A stretch of 64,000 nucleotides of DNA from Crocinitomicaceae bacterium (GCA_024643555.1 JAHEMQ010000005.1:30453-94452), one strand, 5' to 3'; shown: positions 47,924-58,100, counted from the first letter of the stretch. Numbers and translations are program-made. Notes: generated by a model not told the origin, from the sequence alone.

Positions 47924-48304
47924 ATGAATAAAGAAAAAAACAGGTATTCAGATGCAGATCTTGAAGAATTCAAGGAACTGATTTTAAATAAATTGAAGGA
48001 AGCCCACGAAGATTATAAATTGTTGGTCGGATCCTTGTCACACAATGATGATCACGGTACAGATGACACAGGTAGAACCTTCAACATGATGGAAGATGGG
48101 TCAGAAACCTTATCTCGAGAGGAAGTCGCTCAATTGGCGGCTCGTCAAGAGAAGTTTATTCAAAGCCTGCAAGCTGCCTTGGTTCGCATCGAAAATAAAA
48201 CGTATGGTATTTGTCGCGTGAATGGAACGCTGATTCCTAAAGCACGCTTGCGTTTGGTGCCACATGCAACGATGAGTATTGATGCAAAAAATGCGCAAAA
48301 ATAG
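47924..48304 (+). CDS. DksA/TraR-family protein lacking the C4 zinc finger
   Basis: Coiled-coil region plus a C-terminal YGICRVNGTLIPKARLRLVPHAT segment (only one Cys), directly upstream of lspA. Confidence 0.7.
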   Translation: MNKEKNRYSDADLEEFKELILNKLKEAHEDYKLLVGSLSHNDDHGTDDTGRTFNMMEDGSETLSREEVAQLAARQEKFIQSLQAALVRIENKTYGICRVNGTLIPKARLRLVPHATMSIDAKNAQK

Positions 48305-48972
48305 TGAGGAAAAAACTAAGTGTTGTTTTCGTTCTAGTATTTGTTCTTCTGTTACTAGACCAACTCATCAAACTATACATCAAATCTAGTTTTGAACCAG
48401 GGGAAACGAGTGGACTTTTGGGGGACTGGTTTATTTTGCATTACATTGAAAATCCAGGAATGGCTTTCGGGACGACCTTTGGTTCGGGTATTTGGCACAA
48501 ACTTGCGCTGAGTATCTTTCGATTAATCGCCATTGGATTTCTAGTGTATTATTTGATCAAGCAAGCCAGAAAAAACGCTTCTTTGGAATTTTTACTTGTG
48601 TTTGGGCTGATTCTCGCTGGTGCGGCAGGAAACTTAATTGATTCTATGTTCTACGACTTCTTTTTTCCATTAAATCCCTGTGACTCGTTCAATCAACTTC
48701 CAGGATCTGGGATCAAGGCGGTTTGCACGGATTACGGATTTAAATATCCAGTTGAATTGCGTCACAAAGGATTCATGTTAGGTAGTGTGGTGGATATGTT
48801 TCAGTTCAATGTGAATTGGCCCAAATGGGTGCCAATGGTCGGTGGACAACAAATTTTCCCAGCTATTTGGAATTTAGCGGATGCTTGTATTTCTTCCGGA
48901 GTCATTCTGATTTTAATTCGTCAGCGCGCTTATTTCCCGAAGAAAAAAACCACGGAAGAATCTGCTGACTAG
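48304..48972 (+). CDS. lspA: lipoprotein signal peptidase (signal peptidase II)
   Basis: Four TM helices and conserved NPGMAFG and NLIDS/VVDMF motifs. The GTG start overlaps the upstream TAG. Confidence 0.88.
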   Translation: MRKKLSVVFVLVFVLLLLDQLIKLYIKSSFEPGETSGLLGDWFILHYIENPGMAFGTTFGSGIWHKLALSIFRLIAIGFLVYYLIKQARKNASLEFLLVFGLILAGAAGNLIDSMFYDFFFPLNPCDSFNQLPGSGIKAVCTDYGFKYPVELRHKGFMLGSVVDMFQFNVNWPKWVPMVGGQQIFPAIWNLADACISSGVILILIRQRAYFPKKKTTEESAD

Positions 48973-51446
48973 AAATTCCACTTCATGTTGCGGTCATCTA
49001 AGATCGCAAAGGAGACTTTCCAGTCAAAGGTAGGCTTGATGTGGTTTCCATCGGAAATAACTCCGTAGATTCCTACACGCAAACGTCTTCGGTTCATTTT
49101 AAAATTTCGTTCCAGACCGCCAAGAACTTCATAATGCTGCCAATCGTGTTCCAACACATACATGGCGCCTGCTCCAGCTACAAGTCCAATTCTCGTTTTC
49201 TTGAAATATGGAATTTTATTTAAGATGGCTCCATTGTCGTGATGTACAACATGGGCTTGAAAAACATAATTACTGGTAGGTAAAGTGGTATCTAATCCTT
49301 GAAAAGAGTACAAAGGATTCGAAAACCAAATAGGATCACTTCTTCGTTGGTATTTGTAATCTGGATTGTACAAATGGCGTGCACTGAGGAATTTCCCTAC
49401 GGAAACACGGTAATTCATGGTGCCAAGTGTAGCAATTTTAAAAGACTGCATGACATCGCATTGTAAATATTCATGGTCGACATCACTTCCGAATAATTTG
49501 GGTATCCCCCTTTCATAGTTGATGCTGAATGTTGGCCAAGCAGAACCAAGCACTACTTTTTTATGCGGTTCTCTCATGTATTTTTGCTTGGGTGTGTAAC
49601 TGAAGCCTAAATAACCAATCAAGGCTTGATACGGTTTAAATGCTGTTGGGTCGTTATTGGGTATGATGTTGTCAATGGCATTTAAAAATTGAAAATCTGA
49701 TAAACTTCTGCGTTCCGCAAATCCAAGCGAACTATAGGCATAAAAACCATTGAACAGTTCGTAGTCGCAGGACAAGGTCATTTTTGTTGCTTCGATGAAG
49801 TTGTCTCTTTTGTAGATTTGGGTAATGGCGTCATACCCTCTAATGACGTCAAAGTCATGATTAATAGCAAACCGAACGAATCCAAAATGAAATGGGTCAA
49901 AACGATAGCGCCACCAAGTGTCTCCCTTAATGTCTTTGTTCAAAAATCCGTAGGAAATCCGCGAGTAGGATTCCAGCGAACGCTCGTCCTTCCATTTTTT
50001 AAAATAATCAAAACTTGGATTGAGTCTGGGCCCACCAATGCCGAAGGGTTGAATTAATGTTGCTGCAGAACCTAAACTCCATTGATACTTCAGATCGCGG
50101 TTTCGATGATCCACACCGAACCAAAGTATTTTCAGTGCTGTAATTTTATTGAAAACAGCATCTACCGAGTCAAGGTATTCTTTTCGATTGTAATAATCCC
50201 GAATGCTATCTTTGATAATGATGAAGCGCTGTTCTTCTGGACTCAAACTGGTTTGGCGAGCGGAGGACCAATAACTGGAATCACGTTCGTATGCCTCCTC
50301 CGTTGTTACTGCTACTTCCGTATTGAAAAATTTCTTCCCAAAGTTGGGGTCAAAATTGTAATTGGTGAAAGTCGCCGTTGTCTGACAGGACGATGTTTCA
50401 TTTTTATATTTTACTCCGTAATTGAGTATTTGTTTATCTAGTACACACATGGTGTCTCCGACAACTGAATAACTCTGGTCGATTTGAAAATGATCGTAAA
50501 TCAAAAGGTTACCTTTATTCATGGTCAACTGCAGTTTTTGAATCAAAAACAAAGAGTCAATCACGTAAATGTATCCTTCCAAGGTGGTTGTGGCCGTATT
50601 TCGAGGGATGATTTTAATTTTACAAATGGTGAGACCATTTTCTTCGTATGTTTCTTCTAGTCTGTATTTGTAGGATAAAATTCCAGGAACAGATATCGGC
50701 GAGCTGATCGGAGTCTGGTGAAGGTCATCTAAATGCAATAAGTTTTCGAAGAAGTTAAAGTTGGATTTTACCGTGGTGGTATAGTACAGCGATTGTGCGG
50801 AACCATGTAATGAATAGGCATTTCGAATTTCCTTGACCTTGTTGCCCGGTGCGTAATTTCGGTTCAATTGCACTTCTAATAAATTCATGTTGTCCACCCA
50901 AGCTGGTGCTTTTGGCAAGGAGGATTCTAGTGGATCATTATCTTTTGATGATTCCTCTTCTTTTCCTTCTTTCTTTTTCGTTGTCTTTGCCTTGACATCG
51001 CGATTTTCTGTCGCTTTGATATAAACATCTACGGAATGCGCATAGTTCCATGGATTCATTTGCTCGCGTTTCTCAACCACCTTTAACATGATTTCTCGAC
51101 CGTAATTCGTTCGCTTCGTATTAATGACCACTTCTTGGTGATCTTGCGCTTTTTCTGGAAACAATTGTACATCGCGTTGCACATCGACATTGCTTACTGA
51201 AACATAGGTTTCTCTATCTTGAAAGCCAGTTGCTGTAACCACTAAAAAGTACTCTCCTGGCATGAGTGAAAGCTCAAATTTTCCCTCGGCATTGGCGACC
51301 GTGCGCTGGTCAGCGGTATTTTTAACAAAAATTGTTGCAAATGGAATCGGTGCTTTTCGTTCATCGATTACGGTACCACGCACAAAATTCTGTGCTGAAA
51401 GTGATAAACATAAAAACAAGCTAATAAAAAGCAGGATCGATTTCAT
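48969..51446 (-). CDS. large secreted/outer-membrane protein with an N-terminal carboxypeptidase-regulatory-like domain (DUF5686-like)
   Basis: Signal peptide, a CarboxypepD_reg-like start (VRGTVIDERKAPIPFATIFV), then about 700 aa of beta-rich sequence. Confidence 0.65.
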   Translation of the reverse strand: MKSILLFISLFLCLSLSAQNFVRGTVIDERKAPIPFATIFVKNTADQRTVANAEGKFELSLMPGEYFLVVTATGFQDRETYVSVSNVDVQRDVQLFPEKAQDHQEVVINTKRTNYGREIMLKVVEKREQMNPWNYAHSVDVYIKATENRDVKAKTTKKKEGKEEESSKDNDPLESSLPKAPAWVDNMNLLEVQLNRNYAPGNKVKEIRNAYSLHGSAQSLYYTTTVKSNFNFFENLLHLDDLHQTPISSPISVPGILSYKYRLEETYEENGLTICKIKIIPRNTATTTLEGYIYVIDSLFLIQKLQLTMNKGNLLIYDHFQIDQSYSVVGDTMCVLDKQILNYGVKYKNETSSCQTTATFTNYNFDPNFGKKFFNTEVAVTTEEAYERDSSYWSSARQTSLSPEEQRFIIIKDSIRDYYNRKEYLDSVDAVFNKITALKILWFGVDHRNRDLKYQWSLGSAATLIQPFGIGGPRLNPSFDYFKKWKDERSLESYSRISYGFLNKDIKGDTWWRYRFDPFHFGFVRFAINHDFDVIRGYDAITQIYKRDNFIEATKMTLSCDYELFNGFYAYSSLGFAERRSLSDFQFLNAIDNIIPNNDPTAFKPYQALIGYLGFSYTPKQKYMREPHKKVVLGSAWPTFSINYERGIPKLFGSDVDHEYLQCDVMQSFKIATLGTMNYRVSVGKFLSARHLYNPDYKYQRRSDPIWFSNPLYSFQGLDTTLPTSNYVFQAHVVHHDNGAILNKIPYFKKTRIGLVAGAGAMYVLEHDWQHYEVLGGLERNFKMNRRRLRVGIYGVISDGNHIKPTFDWKVSFAILDDRNMKWNF

Positions 51447-51493
51447 ATCAATATAGACTACTAAAAGACATTTTAGTTACAACCAGATAGGCC

Positions 51494-51721
51494 TTATGCT
51501 TCTGAATTATTGGATTGATCCTTCATAAATTGGGTGTGATTCCCCATTCGTTTCATCATCCATCGTTTGACAAAAAAAGTAGCTAAAGCTATTATGGAAA
51601 ACACGTAATTGGATACATATTTTTCGAATCCTTCCGTGATACATAGATATGTCACGGAGATAAAAGTTACGGTTGCTACAGCAAGCCAAAAGTAACTCAT
51701 GATGGTGTTGTAAAGTTTCAT
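51494..51721 (-). CDS. small two-TM membrane protein (hypothetical)
   Basis: 75 aa with two hydrophobic helices, 1 nt after the upstream stop. Confidence 0.45.
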   Translation of the reverse strand: MKLYNTIMSYFWLAVATVTFISVTYLCITEGFEKYVSNYVFSIIALATFFVKRWMMKRMGNHTQFMKDQSNNSEA

Positions 51722-51722
51722 C

Positions 51723-52292
51723 CTAATTTATTTCAAGTTCATTATCAATCTCGATGTGTCCGACCGGCTTGATTAATTCATATTTGCTAAAATCTTGTTT
51801 GGTTCGAATGCCTTCACCAAAGATGGTGCCTTTTGGTGAACGAACAACGACACTGGACATCGAATAAATCGAACTGTCCTTTTGGTTCCAAAACAATGCT
51901 TCTGTTTCTAAGGTTTGTTTTTTCTGATAATTGTACAAGCGGACAGAATCTTTCACCATCATGGTTCCTTTGGAGTAATTAATTTCCCCGTACAAGGCTG
52001 TTAATTTGGAAACGATTTCGCCTTTTTCATTAAAAAAATGAACCTTCAAACTATCCTTGATCTTGGTAATTTCTTCCTTTCCACGGTAGGTTTCCGCCAA
52101 ACTCGCAAAAATTTCTACACGAGCATAAGCATCGTCCGCGTATACCATTTTGAGGTTTTTAGTGGTTTCATCGGGAGAATGCACATCAAAACTTATGCGT
52201 TCAATGGCTTCCAAATCATTCTCACAGGAACTAAGTCCGGTCAGCGTGAAAAGGAGTGCGATTATTAATCCAGTTTTCGTTGTCTGAACCAC
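51723..52292 (-). CDS. LptC-like periplasmic lipoprotein (tentative)
   Basis: Lipobox LSSC and a size and beta-rich pattern resembling Bacteroidota LptC/OstA-like proteins. Confidence 0.5.
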   Translation of the reverse strand: MVQTTKTGLIIALLFTLTGLSSCENDLEAIERISFDVHSPDETTKNLKMVYADDAYARVEIFASLAETYRGKEEITKIKDSLKVHFFNEKGEIVSKLTALYGEINYSKGTMMVKDSVRLYNYQKKQTLETEALFWNQKDSSIYSMSSVVVRSPKGTIFGEGIRTKQDFSKYELIKPVGHIEIDNELEIN

Positions 52293-53605
52293 TTTTCGAA
52301 ATTGGATGGAGCCAAAATTAGGCTGATGTTAAGTCCTGCAAATTGTTCTTGAATCCCAGTGTTTTGATTGCTTGTTCTTTTACCCAATGTAAAACCGAAG
52401 TTCACGGAACTTGCAGACATTTGTGCTAAAATAGGTAGTCCAAGTCCGAATGTAACTGCCGTCTCTTGGTATTGTATGCCGTTTTTCGTGTAGGGCAATG
52501 ATTGTGTGAAGTATCCGGCACGATAAGTGATTTTCTCTAGTCCTTTAAGTGTGGCAATGTTTTCTAACATTTTCGTTTCTGGACTAAAGGACATTCCGAA
52601 GGACATACGTGAGAAACTCGTCATTCCGAAATCTGGTACAAGTCCAATGGCATCATGACCCATTGATCCAAATTGACTGTAGGAAGCCAACAAGGTTATT
52701 TTCGGGTGTAAAACCCTGGTCTGTCTTTTCAGTCCTGGTAATAAAATGGAATAATTCAAACCAAGTTGCAAAGAAGAGGAGTTACTGATGTGAATGCGAC
52801 TTCTACTGAATGCTATTGTATCGTAGGTAGATAAGGTATTGATATTCGATGCCGTATAAAATTCATCTTGATAATATCCAGTGATCTTTTGATTCGGTAG
52901 GTACACCGCGCTCAAAGAAACGGTGTGATTTTCGCCTATTTTCTGTTGGAAATATGCTCCTAATTCGTAGTGAAAGGAACGAATAATCATGGAGTTTCTG
53001 TTCAATCCACCTTGATTGCTTCCGGAAGCTATGAGCAAGGATTGACGTTCGTTCGCAACGGTACCGAATAGGTAGGATGCATTTCCACCAATTGACAATT
53101 TTGTTTTTGGGCGGTAAACGATGCCGTATGAATATCCGACAAAAAGGTCCTGAATGGCTCCTGTTCCTTTGTAAATGTAGGCAAGGGAATCAAATCCGGT
53201 GTAGGATTTGTCAACGATTTTGTACCCACGCGATGAATAAGGTTTCAAACCAAATGCAAGGCCCATTTGTTTTTTGATGCGCATTCCAATTGCTATATGA
53301 TCCAACATTCCTGAAAAGCCAAGTTGCGTTTTGGATTGTTCTGAATAATTAGACAAGCGAGATTGAATTCCGTAGGAATAAAGGGTGTTTCCTTTTGCCA
53401 AGGTATTGTAGGTGGATGGATTGTAGAAATTCAGAACCGTAGAATCAAAAATATTAATGGAGTTCTTTCCGAGTGCGTCGAAAATCCCATGGTTGTGTGC
53501 TGCACTTTCTCCTAATCCATAAAAGGAGGCTGGTTCATTCGTAGTGGATTGAGACCACGTCAAGACACTCAAGAAAAAGGAAAGGAAACTAAATAGAATC
53601 TTCAT
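52265..53605 (-). CDS. hypothetical outer-membrane beta-barrel protein
   Basis: Signal peptide and alternating beta-strand pattern with frequent G/Y/S/F. Overlaps both neighbouring genes. Confidence 0.6.
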   Translation of the reverse strand: MKILFSFLSFFLSVLTWSQSTTNEPASFYGLGESAAHNHGIFDALGKNSINIFDSTVLNFYNPSTYNTLAKGNTLYSYGIQSRLSNYSEQSKTQLGFSGMLDHIAIGMRIKKQMGLAFGLKPYSSRGYKIVDKSYTGFDSLAYIYKGTGAIQDLFVGYSYGIVYRPKTKLSIGGNASYLFGTVANERQSLLIASGSNQGGLNRNSMIIRSFHYELGAYFQQKIGENHTVSLSAVYLPNQKITGYYQDEFYTASNINTLSTYDTIAFSRSRIHISNSSSLQLGLNYSILLPGLKRQTRVLHPKITLLASYSQFGSMGHDAIGLVPDFGMTSFSRMSFGMSFSPETKMLENIATLKGLEKITYRAGYFTQSLPYTKNGIQYQETAVTFGLGLPILAQMSASSVNFGFTLGKRTSNQNTGIQEQFAGLNISLILAPSNFEKWFRQRKLD

Positions 53606-54317
53606 TCAGACGGTAAATTTCTAGAATTCCTTCTAGGGTTAAATGTTCAAGTGCAAAGATGTTACTTTTTTGCTCGAAATCAAAATATCGAGCATCTCCA
53701 CCGGTAAGATAAACGGCTACAGTTGGATATAATTGTTGATATGTTTCGATCAACTGTTTGATTTCCGCTGTCCAACCTAAATAAACACCACTTTCAATGG
53801 ACTCTTTGGTGCTTTGTCCAATGAGCTTGGCATTTTCATTTATGGGAATCAATGGTAGTTTTGCCGTAAATGTATGAAGTGCTTTTGAGCGCAAGGATAA
53901 TCCCGGTGAAATGGAACCGCCGAGATAGTTTTGCTCCGCATCCATGAAATCAAATTTAATACAAGTGCCTAAGTCAATCACTAACTTTGGAGACTGTGGT
54001 TTATTATTCGCCACTCCTGCCATATTGCATAAGCGATCAATCCCAAGTGTTTCCGGTGTGTGATAAGCCATTTTAAAAGGAAGTTTAAGTCCTGAATGGA
54101 TATAGCTGACTTTTGAAAAAAAAGCTTCCAATTGAACGCGCCATTCCTCTTCTAATACGGACGAAACAACCACGGGAATGTTACGGTCTAGTCCAGGCCA
54201 TGGAAACGCACTCATTTCGAATCGCTTCGTCTCGGAAAGCTGACCGTTTTTTACCTCGCAAAGTTTCACATGCGTGTTTCCGGCATCCAGTAAATATGCG
54301 TTTTGAGCGAAGGACAT
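53589..54317 (-). CDS. coaX: type III pantothenate kinase
   Basis: LLDAGNTHVK N-terminus, GIDR and the LTGGDA motif. Confidence 0.85.
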   Translation of the reverse strand: MSFAQNAYLLDAGNTHVKLCEVKNGQLSETKRFEMSAFPWPGLDRNIPVVVSSVLEEEWRVQLEAFFSKVSYIHSGLKLPFKMAYHTPETLGIDRLCNMAGVANNKPQSPKLVIDLGTCIKFDFMDAEQNYLGGSISPGLSLRSKALHTFTAKLPLIPINENAKLIGQSTKESIESGVYLGWTAEIKQLIETYQQLYPTVAVYLTGGDARYFDFEQKSNIFALEHLTLEGILEIYRLNEDSI

Positions 54318-54321
54318 TTAA

Positions 54322-54329
54322 CAAAGTTA
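54322..54329 (-). promoter_or_regulatory. -7 promoter box TAACTTTG, 4 nt before the coaX ATG (leaderless geometry)
   Basis: The minus strand reads TAACTTTG-TTAA-ATG. Confidence 0.45.
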
Positions 54330-54383
54330 AGTACCTTTCAAAGAAAATTACATTAGTTTTTGAATAGAAATAAAAAAAAGTAT

Positions 54384-54391
54384 TAAATTTG
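54384..54391 (+). promoter_or_regulatory. -7 promoter box TAAATTTG, 14 nt upstream of tRNA-Phe
   Basis: Perfect TAnnTTTG. Confidence 0.5.
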
Positions 54392-54405
54392 CCCCACCAA
54401 TAGCT

Positions 54406-54478
54406 GGTGCCTTAGCTCAGTTGGTAGAGCAAAGGACTGAAAATCCTTGTGTCCCTGGTTCGATTCCTGGAGGCACCA
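54406..54478 (+). tRNA. tRNA-Phe (anticodon GAA)
   Basis: Cloverleaf read by eye: acceptor GGTGCCT/AGGCACC, D arm AGCTCAGTTGGTAGAGC, anticodon loop CTGAAAA, T arm GGTTCGATTCC and discriminator A. No encoded CCA. Confidence 0.95.
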
Positions 54479-54484
54479 CTAGCA

Positions 54485-54517
54485 AAAACCCTGACGGAGA
54501 CGTTGGGGTTTTTTTTT
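54485..54517 (+). terminator. intrinsic terminator after tRNA-Phe
   Basis: AAAACCCTGACG-GAGA-CGTTGGGGTTTT hairpin with a GNRA loop, followed by a T9 run. Confidence 0.8.
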
Positions 54518-54554
54518 GGAGATTAAATGCTTACCGGCCTGTAAAACTTGAACG

Positions 54555-55151
54555 ATGAAAAAACAATTTCTGATCATTCCCCTAATCCTTTGTGCATTGA
54601 TAGTGTCTTGTGCGAATCCAACCCAGGAAAAACAATTAACCGAAGTTTCCTCTCTCGTCGCAAAAAGAGATTCCTTGGAAAAGGTATACGAGGTCAATCG
54701 TTTTGATTCTTTGAACTACTGGAGACAGGAAGCGTCTAACATTGAAATCGCCATTAAACGTCATTATGTTGCAAGTAAGGTGGATACTAAACTTTCAGTT
54801 AAAATGAATCGTTTCAAGTCCATGCAGGAAATCATTGATGCGGAAAGTGAGTTAGGGGGGGGAGAAGAACATGAAGAGGAAGGGAAAGAAATGACCATCG
54901 GAAGACGCATGATGCTCTTAAACACTCAATTCAAAAAAGTAAAAACCAGCCTTGAATCCCTAGAATCGGATATTTCTCATCAGTTAATTGAACCATCGAA
55001 AGTAGAAAAGTACTTGGAAATGGAAAAGACGAAAGTGAATCGAATAGAGAATCAATTGAACCAATACCTTTTTGTCAAAAATGTTGAATTAAAGGAATAC
55101 ACTCGTTTGTGTCGGCAATTGCGCGTTTTCGCAGATTCTATTTCGAAATAA
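54555..55151 (+). CDS. hypothetical alpha-helical lipoprotein
   Basis: Lipobox IVSC and charged, coiled-coil-like sequence. Contains a G8 tract. Confidence 0.6.
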   Translation: MKKQFLIIPLILCALIVSCANPTQEKQLTEVSSLVAKRDSLEKVYEVNRFDSLNYWRQEASNIEIAIKRHYVASKVDTKLSVKMNRFKSMQEIIDAESELGGGEEHEEEGKEMTIGRRMMLLNTQFKKVKTSLESLESDISHQLIEPSKVEKYLEMEKTKVNRIENQLNQYLFVKNVELKEYTRLCRQLRVFADSISK

Positions 55152-55154
55152 AAC

Positions 55155-58100
55155 CTAACGAACGAGGGTAATAAATCCTTGTTTCTTTATTTCTGTGCCT
55201 CCCAACATGACGCCTGTTAAAAGGTAGAAATAAACTCCTTCATGATAGACTTGTCCATCTGGAGTCAATCCATCCCATGCCGCAACGCCTGTTTGGTCCT
55301 TTAAATAGCTGACCACATTTCCCCAACGATTGACAATAACGATGTCATACGATTTAAACGCAGGATAGGGAAGTACGACGAAATCATTAATTCCATCACC
55401 ATTTGGGGTAAAGACATTTGGAACCCAAATATCTGGATCACTCACAAAAACGGTGGTTTCGTAGGTGGAAACACAACCCAATGCGTCTACAACGGTTAAT
55501 GTAATCACATGCGGTCCGCCTTGTGCAAAGGAGGTTGTCGGTGCGGTATTCGAAGTCCAAGTGAAGGTAGAATCATTGCCTAAATCCCAGGTCCAACTTA
55601 CAATGGGTGCATTTAAAAACGTAGATTGGTCATTGAAATCGATGATTCCATTGATGTCCGCGTAAATGGGATTCGGTACAAAATACGCATCAAGTTGATC
55701 GTCATTGACGGTGATGGGATTTAAAGGAAGTAAAATTTGACATCCAACAGAATCGAATATGGTCACTGTTGGTTGATATGTTCCTGGTGTATTGTAAAAA
55801 TGCACTAAATTCAAGGTGTCACTTATAATTGTTCCATCGCCAAGGTTCCACACCAAACTATCTAGGTTGGAAACATTACTCAAATAAAACTGCGCACCCT
55901 GTGCACAAATGGTTGCTCCTTGCAGCCAATTTGGTGTGCCCATGGGTCCGCCAATGGCAATATAATCCAAAACGGTGGAGTCATCCGTGCAACCATATTG
56001 GTCAGTCACGATGAAATTCAAATCAAAGGTTCCATTCGTAACCAAGGTGTTGGAAGGATCTTCTAAAATGGACTGATTTCCATTGCCGAAGGACCAATTC
56101 CATCCCGTAATGTTTCCAATGGAAAAGGAAGAATCTTGGAAATGGCAAAAAATCGGCGGACAATCGTAATCGCCGTTGGCATTTGGAACCGCGCCTGTGA
56201 AGTAGTAATTTGGAATGGCCCATGGAGTGGACATGGTTAAGGTCTGACTTACCGTATCTTTACAGCCATTGCCATCTGTAGTAATGAGCGTCAGAATATG
56301 TGTATTTGATAATTGTCCGTTGTGCGGATTGGTCAATGTAACTCCAGCATCTGTATTTGTGCTGAAACTTGTTCCATTCAGCAACCATTCGTAACTCAAA
56401 GTGCCTGTTCCAGTAGAGGAATTTAAAGTTTGATTCGTGTCCAAATCACAAAAAATGCTATCGATTTCAAAATTCGCTGTTGGTTTCGTAATGGTTATCG
56501 TTACCCCCGTTGGTTGAGAGGTGCAGCCAAAAATATCCGTTGCGACAATGGTGGCTGAGTAAGCACCAACTCCATTGAAGGTATGGTTAATGACTTGATT
56601 GACATTGTTTGTAATCAAGATGGAATTGTCGTCCGAAAAACTGGTACTGAAGGAAGACAATGGGAGTCCATTGGAAAGCGTAAACGAAGTATTGGTGAAA
56701 GGAACGGTAAACGGTGAACATCCATTATAATTGTCCGCTATAATTCCTGCAATGGGTTTGTTTACGACTTTCACATTGTGCGTGATGGTCGATGTACAGC
56801 CCGCACTATTCAAGACCATAAGTGAAATCGTGTAATTCCCTGGTGCTGGGTATGTGTAAGTTTGATTCGGTCCGTTGTGAATGGATTGCCCATTGCCCAT
56901 GTTGTAATACCAATCTGTGACGGGATGAGATCCACTCGCACTTGACCAAGAGGTACTCGCATCCGATACGGTGATGGAAGATCCATTACAAATCGTGTCG
57001 TTGGACATAGTAAATTGACTGGCCAATTGCGAAATGGTGATGGTTGATGAAATACTGTCCGAACAACCTGTGGTATAATTATGAATGACTTGTTCAATGT
57101 TGAAAGAGCCATATCCGGGAAAAGTATGACTGGTGTTGCCACCATTGGGGACGTCTAATTGTGCATTCGTAAAATTCACGTTGGGCGTCCCGTCACTAAA
57201 TTCATAATGCATGGCAACATTGTCAGATAAAATACCGTGAATGGAGTTGTCCGTTATGTTGACATTCACAGGAAAGGAACTGGGATTGCAGAACAAAAAG
57301 GAACTGGGTGTAAACTGCGCTATGGGGGCTAGAATATAGACGGCATCTTCCACAAGAAAAGTGTCAGTGCAACCACGGAAATTTGCAATGAACATCACAT
57401 CGAAAAATCCAGTGTCTGACTCAAATTGGTATGTTGGATTCTGTTCGATCGAAGTTCCGTCTCCGAAATCCCAGAAATAACTGACTTCATTGGCATTATG
57501 AGGAACGGAGATATACGTTGAACTCGTAAATACGACATCGTCGTTGGAACAAGCAATATTCGGTGTATAGGTGAAATGCACAGAATCGATGTGACCAACG
57601 GTTACATAATCATTTTTCACAATGGTGTCGGTACATCCAGATTGAGTAGTGATAATCAACGTGACATCGTAAACACCTACCTGATATGTTTGATTGGGAG
57701 GGTAATGTCCATTGTATGTTTGTCCATTCCCAAAATTCCACTGCCAGGAAACGATTGGATTGGATGGTGTATAGGATGTATCAATAAAATGAACGGTAAG
57801 TGGATCACATCCTGCCGTATCTAAGGCATAGAATCCAGCTTGCACGTTGGTGATGTGAATGTAATTGTTCAAGGTGGTTGTTCCAGTACAACCAGCGGCT
57901 GTAGTTAAACTCAAGGTCACATTGAAATCACCACTTTGCGTGTAAATGTGTGGTGGTGGATTCTGTCCAATAAAAGTATTTCCATCTCCAAAATTCCAAG
58001 TGTAGGTTCCAGGTACACCAGTACTTGTTGTGAATTGAATCGATCCAGGAGCACAATTGGAGGTAGGATTCGCACTGAAAATAGGATTGGTGTTCGCTTG

